Positions 27,995 to 37,086 of a DNA stretch of 54,470 nucleotides are shown here, in pieces. The first letter of the stretch is position 1. Every line of letters begins with the position of its first letter. The stretch spans positions 1 through 54,470 of the forward strand of contig JAEZDS010000007.1 of NCBI GenBank assembly GCA_023433205.1, written 5' to 3'. The notes beneath the pieces are model-generated. The model was not told the DNA's origin and ran no database searches. It saw only the letters and a program-made list of their open reading frames with translations. The DNA is from Bacteroidota bacterium. GTDB taxonomy: Bacteria; Bacteroidota; Bacteroidia; B-17B0; Aurantibacillaceae. The position numbers were made by a program, and so were the translations under genes.

Positions 27995-29098
27995 TCATTT
28001 ATAAGACACGGCGATAACGGTTTCGGCATTTTCTATTTTTACAGTCTTTGTGCCATCCGAAACCACACAGCTGAATCTTATTTTTAATTTCCGGGTTGGT
28101 TCACCTTTTTCGTTCAATGTGTACGGTTCGCTGCCGGTAATTTCGAAATAGCTATCGGCGGGCTGTTCAGCAAGGGCGGAAGTTAAGGTTGCGCCACTTT
28201 TGTCGCGCCACGCAATGGTGCAGGCCGAGAGCTGATTTGCCGGAAGATAAACAGGTGAATCAATAGTGTAATTTGTTGTGCAGGATGAAACGTCGTTGCC
28301 GGTTGCAGCGTTGTATTTGCTGGTTACCGTGCGCCCTTCGCTGTCGGTTACACGTAAAGTAACCGCGTAACTGCCTGCTATGCCGAATTGGTGCATTGGC
28401 GAAGGTTCTGTGCTGCGGCTGCCATCGCCAAAACTCCAGTCATAGGTAAAAGGCGCTTTACCTGTGGTTTTCTGAGAGAACAGAATGGTGCTGGCATCAA
28501 TTGATTGCGCCGAAATTTCGGTGCGTAAAGCGTCCCGCGAAAAGTCAATAACATTGCAGCTGGTTCCTGTACATCCGTTACTGCCTGTAACCGTCAGGCA
28601 TACATTGTATCGGCCTGCCTTTGTATAGGTGTGCTGGGGCTGCGCGATATTGCTTTGCGAACCATCGCCGAAGTCCCAGTTATAACTGATCGCGGATTTA
28701 TTATAAAGGCCGTTAAATTTAACCGTTGTTTCCGAGGCGTCGCTTATGGCAAACTCGCGGTAATCAGCAGCAAAAGCACTGTCGGCCAGTACAGGTGCTG
28801 AAGCAGCGGAAAGCTGGCTGTTGTTTAGCGAAAGCTCGAATGTTTCACCGCAGTCAGCGCAATCAGTTCTCTGCAGTTTTCCGTTAAAAGAGTAAAGGCC
28901 TTCGGAATTCTGGCTGTACGAAGAATACATATAATAATTGTCGTGACCCGCTTTTAACTCCACACTTTCTCCGCCGAGCACAGCCTTAAAGCTAAACACT
29001 GCTTCGTTCTCTATGAAGTTTTCCGGATAGCGTTTCTTTTCACAACCCAGTACAAGCAGCAAGATAAGCGAAATGGATATTTTACCTGTGGTTTTCAA
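27995..29098 (-). CDS. PKD-domain lipoprotein
   Basis: Lipobox LVLGC; two WDFGDG/WSFGDG PKD domains; TTG start overlapping the upstream TGA. Confidence 0.82.
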   Translation of the reverse strand: MKTTGKISISLILLLVLGCEKKRYPENFIENEAVFSFKAVLGGESVELKAGHDNYYMYSSYSQNSEGLYSFNGKLQRTDCADCGETFELSLNNSQLSAASAPVLADSAFAADYREFAISDASETTVKFNGLYNKSAISYNWDFGDGSQSNIAQPQHTYTKAGRYNVCLTVTGSNGCTGTSCNVIDFSRDALRTEISAQSIDASTILFSQKTTGKAPFTYDWSFGDGSRSTEPSPMHQFGIAGSYAVTLRVTDSEGRTVTSKYNAATGNDVSSCTTNYTIDSPVYLPANQLSACTIAWRDKSGATLTSALAEQPADSYFEITGSEPYTLNEKGEPTRKLKIRFSCVVSDGTKTVKIENAETVIAVSYK

Positions 29099-30507
29099 TA
29101 TTGTTTAAACTTATAACTTAACATCAGCCTTGCGCCCTGATTACGTTCATTATGCGGTGCGGCAAAAAACCCGTTATTTTTTACATCACTAAGGCCTAAA
29201 TAAAATTCGGCATGTAAGACGAACCGCGCCGCGAACTGATGCCGGTAAAAAAGAGAGAGCTGCGAGTCGAACATGGTAAATCCATCGGTATAGCCCCTGG
29301 TTGAATATATTTTTTGATTTTGTCGTGCGCCCATTTTTGTGGAATAGGTGGTTACCTCTGATTCCACATCAAACAGGTAGTAAAGACCATAACCTGCTCC
29401 AAGTTGTTGTCGGCCATTGATCTCATAAGAAATACGCAGTGGCAAACCCAGGTAGTGTAATTTTACCGGTGTTATCTCAGTTACTTCACTTTCTTCACCA
29501 AATGAATACCTGGCAGTTTTTGAGCTGTGTGTGTAAGATGACAGGTGGCCGGTACGCCTGTATTGAAAACCAAAGGAGAGCAATACTTTCTGGGCAGCCT
29601 GGCTCTGATAGTGTATTCCCGCTGCCAGATTGAAACCTCTTGCTTCATTAGCCCCCTGCCACCCCATTACGTAATCAGTTCCTGCTTCAAGGTTGAGCTG
29701 ACTGTAGGTGGTTTTTTTGGCAAGCAGACTGTCGGGCACCAATAAACCGCTGTTGACCGATGCTGACTTTGCAGCTGCGGCCGTTTGCTGTGTCTGCCCT
29801 GCGGTACTGGTGGTTTCGTTCGCCTGCTTCTCCGTAATGGTATCTGCAACGTTTGTTATAGCATCAGTTGCAACCTGGCTTGTCTGCTCATTTTCTTTAA
29901 GTGCGCCGGTTTTTTCCTGATGGTCATTTTGGATACCCGCTGAAGGGGAATGAAGACCTTCGTTCACCGCTGCTTTTTTCTCAATGCCTGCAATTTTATT
30001 GTCGTTTGCAGAAACGGTATTCTTCCTGCTGAGTAAAATTTGCGCCTCAGGTGCAAATTGTTGCAAAAGGGCTGATACAGCATCATCATCGCGTTTGTAC
30101 GGAGCTTTTGATGAGGCCGCACCCGACTTTGTTATAGTCGCTTGGTTGTTAATTCTCACGTTTGCTGACTGTGCAGGTTCTGCAGAATTTGGTTCGGCCA
30201 CAGATTGAAGAGCATGCTTCGGCCTGTTTGGAGTTGCTGCATTTATATAATCGTTATTACTGGGGGTGGCTGAAGCGGCCAGCGGCGTGGTACCGTCTTC
30301 AGGTGATGCCGGTTGCTGAATATAGAGCGCCGTTACAAAAATGATCAGTCCTGAAAATAACAATGCGCCAGGGAGCAGTATATTTTTCCAGTTTCTTTTT
30401 TTATCCAGCAATGCAGCCGCTTTTTCCCATTCCTTCTCCTCAAATGGAAATTCCTTTGATTCTACGAGAGAACGCAGTGTTGCTTTAAATTTATCCTCGT
30501 TATTCAT
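29095..30507 (-). CDS. Putative anti-sigma factor with single TM, low-complexity linker and C-terminal outer-membrane beta-barrel
   Basis: Short N-terminal domain (..F.EKEWEK..ALLD), TM at about aa 43-63, A/S/T/N/Q-rich linker, alternating aromatic beta-strands (YLGLPLRISY; C-terminal LSYKF). Overlaps the sigma gene end. Confidence 0.65.
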   Translation of the reverse strand: MNNEDKFKATLRSLVESKEFPFEEKEWEKAAALLDKKRNWKNILLPGALLFSGLIIFVTALYIQQPASPEDGTTPLAASATPSNNDYINAATPNRPKHALQSVAEPNSAEPAQSANVRINNQATITKSGAASSKAPYKRDDDAVSALLQQFAPEAQILLSRKNTVSANDNKIAGIEKKAAVNEGLHSPSAGIQNDHQEKTGALKENEQTSQVATDAITNVADTITEKQANETTSTAGQTQQTAAAAKSASVNSGLLVPDSLLAKKTTYSQLNLEAGTDYVMGWQGANEARGFNLAAGIHYQSQAAQKVLLSFGFQYRRTGHLSSYTHSSKTARYSFGEESEVTEITPVKLHYLGLPLRISYEINGRQQLGAGYGLYYLFDVESEVTTYSTKMGARQNQKIYSTRGYTDGFTMFDSQLSLFYRHQFAARFVLHAEFYLGLSDVKNNGFFAAPHNERNQGARLMLSYKFKQY

Positions 30508-31063
30508 CCGCGCTCACTTTAATGGTTTGGTCCTGCAAAATCATTTCTTTTAATTTTTCCCTTGCCGCATTCAGGTGCCATTTTGATGTGCCTTCTGAGA
30601 TAGCGAGCATTTCAGCTATTTCCCTGTGTTTATATCCATCGATAAAATACAGATTAAACACTTGTCTGCTTGCGGGGGGCAATTTCGCTATAAAGGCGTA
30701 GATCTGATCGGCGTTAATTTTGGCTACAGCCTGATTCATATCGGCATAGTCGGCATCATCAAAATAGCTGTCTACATAGTTGATGTTTGAAGTGTGGTTT
30801 TTGTCTTTTTTATATTCGTTTATGAGCGTGTTGATCATTATTTTCCTTGCCCAGGGCTTAAATGGCGTGCCTGCATTAAAAGAGTCCAGATGTTTGAGGA
30901 TCTTGTAGAAACCAAGGTTCAGTACTTCCTTGGCCCTGTCCTGGTTGTGAGTATATCTTAAACAAATACTCATAAAATAACTATATGTGGCCTTGTAAAG
31001 GGCATATTCAGCCTTTCGCTCTTTTCTGATGCAACTTTCTATTAGCGCTTGCTGAATGTCCAT
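30500..31063 (-). CDS. ECF (sigma-70 group 4) RNA polymerase sigma factor
   Basis: Region 2 (ICLRY...A.EVL..GF.KI...F..W..KIMINT) and region 4 (LP...RQVFNLY.IDGYKH.EIAEML.ISEGTSKWHL..AR). ATG at 31063. Confidence 0.92.
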   Translation of the reverse strand: MDIQQALIESCIRKERKAEYALYKATYSYFMSICLRYTHNQDRAKEVLNLGFYKILKHLDSFNAGTPFKPWARKIMINTLINEYKKDKNHTSNINYVDSYFDDADYADMNQAVAKINADQIYAFIAKLPPASRQVFNLYFIDGYKHREIAEMLAISEGTSKWHLNAAREKLKEMILQDQTIKVSADE

Positions 31064-31257
31064 AGAGCAGGGGTCTTTCCACCATACAAGTGGAAATTGC
31101 ATTTAGTTGGGTGGATATTTTAAAAAAATTGCCTGTGAGTATGTTTTAATACCCATTACCCAAACATAAGACATTTTGCCGCTCTTTGTACACGGTACAG
31201 CATTCAGAGCGCTTGTCTGGCAATACAAAGATCAGGGGCTGTTGGTTGGGGCGGTTG

Positions 31258-32529
31258 CTATTCGTTTTGGGGAATATTAAGAATAAATCTCCGCAGCATG
31301 TCAGCGGCGGCATTTGCGCTGGTAATGATGTTGTACTCACGGTTATCGCCAAACCTGAATTTTCTAGTAAGGATCTGAGCGCTGTTAGCAACCGCTATCC
31401 ACACGGTTCCCACAGGTTTTTCAACAGAGCCGCCGGTAGGACCGGCAATTCCGGAGATACTAATTGAATAATCGCTGCCGAATTTCTGCAGCACATTGGC
31501 GGCAAGTTCCCGCACACATTCTTCGCTCACTGCCCCCTTCTGTTCAAAAATGTGCGGGTCAACGTGAAGCAGCTGGTGTTTGGCGCTGTTGTTGTACGGA
31601 ACCACCGAACCCCTGAATATTTCCGATGCGCCGGGGTGGGCGGTAATCAGCGACGAGAGGTAGCCCCCGGTACAGCTTTCTGCAAGCGAAAGGGTGTTTT
31701 TTCTTGAACGCAGCAGCTCAAACAGCACGGTAACTATGCCCCTGCTTTCTTCACCATAATTTTCCTCGCCATAAATGTATTTGCCAATCAATTCACGTAG
31801 TTCGCCGGTTTTCTTTTCAATAAGCGAGCTGAGTTCAGTGGCCGATGAGCCATATCCGCTAATTCGCAGGCGAACCTGCCCTGGCTGGGGAAGGTAAGCG
31901 AGCTGAAGCTGCTTATCCCGCAGGTCGTTCTCCCACATTGCTATTTTTTCCGCCAGCTCGCTTTCCCCAACGCCAATGGTAAGAATTGTACGGTGGCAGA
32001 TGGCCGGCAGGCTGGTTACTTTTACAATTGAAGGTATAATGAAGTCGTTCACCATGGGCTTCATCTCATAGGGTACGCCCGGCAAGCTGAAAAATTGCGT
32101 ATTGTTTTTTTTCAGCCACAAACCCGGTGCCGTTCCCCGCGGATTGCGGATGATGGTGCAGCCTTCGGGAACCAGCGCCTGACGGCGGTTAAGATCGTTG
32201 AGTTCGTGGCCGCGGAGAGCAAAATAGGCTTCAACATCTCGCAGTGCCTGGTCATTCAGAACAAGCGGAACATTAAAAAACTCCGCCAGCACATCTTTGG
32301 TAATGTCGTCGCGGGTGGGACCCAGGCCACCTGTAATGATCACAAGATCGGCCCTTCGCAGCGAAAGTTCCAGGGCTTCGAGTATCGCTGCGCGCTCATC
32401 GGCCACTGTACACATGTAACGCACCCTTATGCCCTTAAGGTTCAGTTGACGGGCTATCCAAACGGTATTCGTATTGGTGATCTGACCGATCAGAATCTCG
32501 TCTCCTATACTGATAAGTTCAGCGTTCAT
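31258..32529 (-). CDS. cinA: CinA: MoCF-biosynthesis-like domain plus NMN deamidase (PncC) domain
   Basis: IGDEILIGQI.NTN, GGLGPT.DD.T, GTAPG, LPGVP.EM, AESCTGG, GAVSEE and SGIAGP.GGS.EKPVGTV. Confidence 0.93.
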   Translation of the reverse strand: MNAELISIGDEILIGQITNTNTVWIARQLNLKGIRVRYMCTVADERAAILEALELSLRRADLVIITGGLGPTRDDITKDVLAEFFNVPLVLNDQALRDVEAYFALRGHELNDLNRRQALVPEGCTIIRNPRGTAPGLWLKKNNTQFFSLPGVPYEMKPMVNDFIIPSIVKVTSLPAICHRTILTIGVGESELAEKIAMWENDLRDKQLQLAYLPQPGQVRLRISGYGSSATELSSLIEKKTGELRELIGKYIYGEENYGEESRGIVTVLFELLRSRKNTLSLAESCTGGYLSSLITAHPGASEIFRGSVVPYNNSAKHQLLHVDPHIFEQKGAVSEECVRELAANVLQKFGSDYSISISGIAGPTGGSVEKPVGTVWIAVANSAQILTRKFRFGDNREYNIITSANAAADMLRRFILNIPQNE

Positions 32530-32630
32530 ACTTTTGTTTCTAAATCCTGCCTTCGCAAGTTAAATAAAATAGATGCTTGCGCTCCTAACAATTTTTGGCA
32601 CACAACGCTTTCTGTAAGTGGTACTTTAGC

Positions 32631-33353
32631 ATGATGAACAAAACAATTTTAAAATTATCTACCCTGGCTTTTGTTGTAGTTTTTTCGTTAAGCAGTTGTG
32701 CTCAGCTTGATAAAATACTGGGAACCATAAAAAAACCTCAGGCAGGTTCGGGTCTCAGCAACGAGGAGGTTATAAATGGGCTGAAAGAGGCACTCACCGT
32801 TGGAACCGGCAGTGCAGCCGCAAAGGCCGGACAATTAAATGGTTTTTATAAAAATCCCAGGCTTTTTATTCCCTGGCCGGAGGAGGCGCTTAAAATGAAG
32901 GAAAGACTGGTGGCGCTGGGCTTTCAGTCGCAGATCACGGCCTTCGAGGAAAGCCTTAACCGCGCGGCGGAAGAAGCTGCCAGCCACGCCAAACCGGTTT
33001 TTGTAAGCGCCATCACCAACATGTCGGTAGGCGACGGATTTAAGATCTTAAAGGGCAGCGATACAGCCGCTACGGCCTATCTGCGAAAGACAACATACGA
33101 TCCGCTTCGTGAAAAATTCCTTCCGGTAGTGCGTGAGGCGATTGAAAAGGTTGATGTAACCAGTTACTGGAATCCACTGGTTACGGCCTATAACCGCATA
33201 CCTGGTGTGCAGAAACAAAACCCCGACCTTGATGATTATGTTACCGGCAAGGCTATAAATGGACTGATGTTACTGATCGCCGATGAAGAGATCAGGATCA
33301 GAAAAGACCCTAAGGCAAGAGTGACGGAGCTTTTAAAAAAGGTGTTTGGATAA
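32631..33353 (+). CDS. DUF4197 family lipoprotein
   Basis: Lipobox LSSC; GLKEAL..G, S.NRAAE.A, IL.GSDTAAT.YL and EE..IRKDP.AR..ELLKKVFG. Confidence 0.88.
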   Translation: MMNKTILKLSTLAFVVVFSLSSCAQLDKILGTIKKPQAGSGLSNEEVINGLKEALTVGTGSAAAKAGQLNGFYKNPRLFIPWPEEALKMKERLVALGFQSQITAFEESLNRAAEEAASHAKPVFVSAITNMSVGDGFKILKGSDTAATAYLRKTTYDPLREKFLPVVREAIEKVDVTSYWNPLVTAYNRIPGVQKQNPDLDDYVTGKAINGLMLLIADEEIRIRKDPKARVTELLKKVFG

Positions 33354-33429
33354 ACAGCTTTTCAGACTCAATAGAAACAGTACATTTTACCTGGACCAGA
33401 ATTTACATAGAACCGCTTCGATGTTAATC

Positions 33430-34066
33430 GGAATTGCTTCGCAAATTAAAAAGACGCCAAGAGCACCAGGCTTTGCGACTTTTTAAATTGAGCTTGCTCA
33501 ATTTCCCTCGCGACGCATCGCGATGCCTTTGCGCCTGTCCCGGCGAATGCCGGGAGTTTCTGCCTCTAACCAGCCGGTCGCATCAGAATTTAGAGGTGCA
33601 GTTTTCAAGAGAAATTTAGTATTATGCGCTTTATTATTAGTATCAACTGTCCACTTAAGCGCAGAGACGCCAAGACGCTAAGACGCAAAGTAGATTTGTG
33701 GGTCGACCCCGGCCTGCGCCGGGCCAGGCCCGACCGAACGGCTGCGTTGAGCCGGGCGGGCGCAGGGGAATTTGCTTCGCAAATTGTTATGACGCCAAGA
33801 GTGCTGGACGTTGTGTCTTATAAAATTGAGCGCAGCTCAATTTCCCCCGTGCCTTGAAACACAATACTATTTTTTAAAAACGTTGCCTTTATGCAAACTT
33901 TGCGGCTTTGCGGTTTCTGCCTTTAATTGGCCGGTCCTCTTAAGAATTTGAGGTGTGAAATATTCGAGATAAATTTGGAATTCCACACAGAATCTTTACG
34001 CTTACGCCATAGCTTCGCGTAGGCGCAGCCACTATTCCGGCGAAGGCCGGGAGTTTCTGCCTCTAA
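33430..34066. repeat. Second mosaic of REP/MITE-like palindromic repeats
   Basis: AAATTGAGC..GCTCAATTT at 33485-33504 and 33823-33843; TTGCTTCGCAAATT near 33434 and 33772; a 30-bp repeat at 33540-33569 and 34037-34066 (29/30 identical); 33772-33886 is an inverted copy of 83-197. Confidence 0.9.
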
Positions 34067-34121
34067 TGAGCAGGCCCTATATAGGAAAGAAATGCTCTAA
34101 AAAAAAAAGGATGTTCCAGCC

Positions 34122-35708
34122 CTATTTACGTTGAGGTAATGCCGGCCTCACAAAATAGTACAAACCCGCAAGCAGAAGAAATACAATTGCCGGCGCCCTG
34201 TATCTGAAAATAGCACCGCTGTTGGGTACGGTGAGGCCAACAATTAGGCACACAGATAAAGTAATACATAAAAAACAAACCGGTACCAGTCTCGATCTTT
34301 TACTGGTGAAAAGTCCTTTAATAAGTATGATAAATACAAGGATGAGAACCAGGTTTTCCATTGAAGCCAACATCTGAAGATCGGAGTCGGCATTTAAGAA
34401 GAAAGGAAAAAAAAGAGTGTTATAAAGCGCTTGTATTATTGCTTTTACGGGTCTGCCTCCTATCCCTATCATCTCCAGATCTGAATTCGCAGGCGGGGTC
34501 ATAAAAGCCAGATCATAAATTGTACTGGTGTCGGTGTTCGAAAGCTTATAAAGTGTATCGCTATTGTGACTGTCTTCCCAATACATGTAAGGCACCCCCT
34601 CTTTTATCCTGAAACGCTGAGCGCTGCCAGGCACTTTCTGCACCAGGCCGGTGTCAAAATCAAGACGCAAGAAAACCGTATCAGAAGATAAGTAGATGCC
34701 ACCGCCAGAGGCGCCCTTAAAAGATTGCTGGTGAGCAATTGCCGCGGTTCTCAGACTTTTATTTTTGAGGGCAATAGAAAGGCTGTTTGCCAGCAAAGCC
34801 CCCCCAACAAAAGCTGCCAGAAAATAAACCGATCTGAACCTGATGTTTGGAATTGACTGCAGGGCAAATAACAAGAGAAAACAAAATACAGTGGTAATGA
34901 GAAAATAGGGTTTGAGCAACACGCTGATAAATAGCAGGGAAAATAACCAGCAATATCCTGCAACTGACAGTTTCCGGCGAAAAGCCTCATGTATAAGCCA
35001 CACCACATTTCCCAGAACAAAAAGCAGCAGGCCTTCCTTTAATAGGGCACCTGTATGAAACCAGAGCGATGGCAGAAAACAAAGAATCAATAAGACGCCT
35101 GATTCTTTGTCCCGGAAAAATTCCTTCACCGATCTATACAGAAAAAAAATGCCTGTGAAGCTCAAAAAACAACTAAAGAAGGCATGTACAAACCAACTGT
35201 CAAAGGCTATAAAATGGAGCAGACTATGAACTCTGATCACAATCCTGTTGTCGTTATAAAAGAATTTTTTAGCGCTGCCTGTTTCCCAGTTTTGGGTTTG
35301 GGCAAGACAATAATTATGTTCTTCCGTGGCGATTGAATTACCGGTGTCAAAACCAAACAGAGTACGTACAAAAACGGCAGTGTGTTTGTAGGCGCAGTTA
35401 TTAAGGATCTTTGCATCGTTATAGAATTTGCCGGTATCAGATTGCGAAAAGCCACCGTAATAATTCGTGTAAACAAAATAAAAGAGAGGGATGGCGCAGG
35501 CCTTCAAAACCAGCAGTATTGCCATGCGACCGCGGCTTATCTGCTCATCACTGAACAAACCAAAAAAGCCGTTCCGCAAAACAAGTGCTATGGCAACAAG
35601 TAAATATAAGCCTGCAATCAGCACCTTAAATTGATCAGAGATTGTCTGTAACCACAAGATATTTTCCTTTGTTGTCAATAACAAATCGGCCAGGCTTGTG
35701 TAAACCAT
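34122..35708 (-). CDS. Polytopic membrane protein, possibly GT-C glycosyltransferase or polysaccharide polymerase-like
   Basis: About 11-13 hydrophobic segments; D...FY in the first loop, PSLWFHT..LLKE and N.GAIFRYR. True start uncertain and probably downstream of 35708, since the ORF overlaps the upstream gene by 74 nt. Confidence 0.6.
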   Translation of the reverse strand: MVYTSLADLLLTTKENILWLQTISDQFKVLIAGLYLLVAIALVLRNGFFGLFSDEQISRGRMAILLVLKACAIPLFYFVYTNYYGGFSQSDTGKFYNDAKILNNCAYKHTAVFVRTLFGFDTGNSIATEEHNYCLAQTQNWETGSAKKFFYNDNRIVIRVHSLLHFIAFDSWFVHAFFSCFLSFTGIFFLYRSVKEFFRDKESGVLLILCFLPSLWFHTGALLKEGLLLFVLGNVVWLIHEAFRRKLSVAGYCWLFSLLFISVLLKPYFLITTVFCFLLLFALQSIPNIRFRSVYFLAAFVGGALLANSLSIALKNKSLRTAAIAHQQSFKGASGGGIYLSSDTVFLRLDFDTGLVQKVPGSAQRFRIKEGVPYMYWEDSHNSDTLYKLSNTDTSTIYDLAFMTPPANSDLEMIGIGGRPVKAIIQALYNTLFFPFFLNADSDLQMLASMENLVLILVFIILIKGLFTSKRSRLVPVCFLCITLSVCLIVGLTVPNSGAIFRYRAPAIVFLLLAGLYYFVRPALPQRK

Positions 35709-36495
35709 AGGGGGTTAAATCAACGAGTTGCTGCCAGCCCTTTGACGGATCAAAATACATGATCATCTTATTTATTATAATGCAGAGGCCATGCCTCGGC
35801 TGCCAGCACAGGTCTTCGGGTCCCTGTTTGTGAGTAGCGTAAGGAATGATCTTTTTCAGCTGCAGGTCATAGATCAGGTAATTTGTGCCCTCAACAGTTT
35901 TTTTGCTGAAGAGGATCTGCCTTCTGTTAATTGCGGCAAAACCCCTCTCTACAGAAGAGGCGACAAATTGTTCAGTACTGTCCGGCAGGCTGGTAAATAC
36001 CAGAGAGTGTGGTTCAGTGAGTTTATAAAAAACCACGGTGTCGCGGTTCAGAAAACAGTAGTATCCAACGCTGTCCGCTGCCGGTGCTCCGGACAGTTCT
36101 TCTCCGGTTTTGCTGATGAATCGGATCTTCTGCGAACTGTCTGATTCTACTCTCACGACTGAAAGAATGCCGGCTGCGGAATAAACCCGGGGAGAAAATT
36201 CGCTTTCCGGCGTGGTGGTGACCTGGATATTTTTTCTTTTTTTGATCTGGTACTCCACTATGTCGCTTTGGCTGTTTTCAGCACTGCTGTAATAAACCGA
36301 TCGCGAATCGGTGCTGAACGAAGGCTGATTGTTGTATCCTGCCTTACTGTTGATCTTCTCAGGCAGTGAAAGCCTGCTGCTGCCATCATGTAGTTTTTCT
36401 ATCTTAAAAAGATAGAGGTCGCAGCGGGGAAGCTGTGCCTGTACAGACAAAGTGCAGAGAAAAAAACAGAAAATATTTTTATGTCTGCTGATCAT
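35635..36495 (-). CDS. Exported TolB/PD40-like beta-propeller protein
   Basis: Signal peptide ending VQA-Q; GYNNQPSFS.D...VYYSS and T.TPESEFSP repeats. Confidence 0.72.
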   Translation of the reverse strand: MISRHKNIFCFFLCTLSVQAQLPRCDLYLFKIEKLHDGSSRLSLPEKINSKAGYNNQPSFSTDSRSVYYSSAENSQSDIVEYQIKKRKNIQVTTTPESEFSPRVYSAAGILSVVRVESDSSQKIRFISKTGEELSGAPAADSVGYYCFLNRDTVVFYKLTEPHSLVFTSLPDSTEQFVASSVERGFAAINRRQILFSKKTVEGTNYLIYDLQLKKIIPYATHKQGPEDLCWQPRHGLCIIINKMIMYFDPSKGWQQLVDLTPYGLHKPGRFVIDNKGKYLVVTDNL

Positions 36496-37057
36496 TGGTT
36501 TTGAGGAAAAAAGAACTGATGATAAGGTACCCGATCCAGCCGAAGAAAAGGCCGCTCAGCATTCCGGCAAAAACATCGCTGGGATAATGAACGCCAAGAT
36601 ATACCCTGCTGTACATTACCAGCAAAGGATAAAGGAATAACAAAAGACGGTATTTCCTGTGGATATATTTAAGGCAAAAAAACATATAGGTCACCGCTCC
36701 CATGGTATTGGAAGCGTGTGCTGAAAAAAAGCCATACTTGCCCCCGTGGTAACTGTTTACCACATGAACCTTGCCCTTTATTTCAAGATTATGAGTGGGC
36801 CGGTACCTTTTGGTGCTGTGTTTAATGAGGTTTGTACTTAAATCGGTACAGGCCACAACCATGGCACAACCCAGGACAAATTCAACGGCTTTTTTTAAAT
36901 TATAGCGGCGATAAAACGTATAGGCGAAGATCAGTACAAACAAAATAGTGGGCCAGGTGAAACTTAAGAACCACATTACAGCATCAAGCGCCGGGTGATG
37001 GTAAGAATTAATGCCAAGCAGGATTGACCTGTCAATGCTCTCGAGCCATTCAGTCAT
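36479..37057 (-). CDS. PAP2-family membrane phosphatase
   Basis: K......RP, FSAH and SRVYLGVHYPSDV motifs. Confidence 0.92.
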   Translation of the reverse strand: MTEWLESIDRSILLGINSYHHPALDAVMWFLSFTWPTILFVLIFAYTFYRRYNLKKAVEFVLGCAMVVACTDLSTNLIKHSTKRYRPTHNLEIKGKVHVVNSYHGGKYGFFSAHASNTMGAVTYMFFCLKYIHRKYRLLLFLYPLLVMYSRVYLGVHYPSDVFAGMLSGLFFGWIGYLIISSFFLKTNDQQT

Positions 37058-37086
37058 GCCTAAAAATAAACAAAAATAAACGCCCG

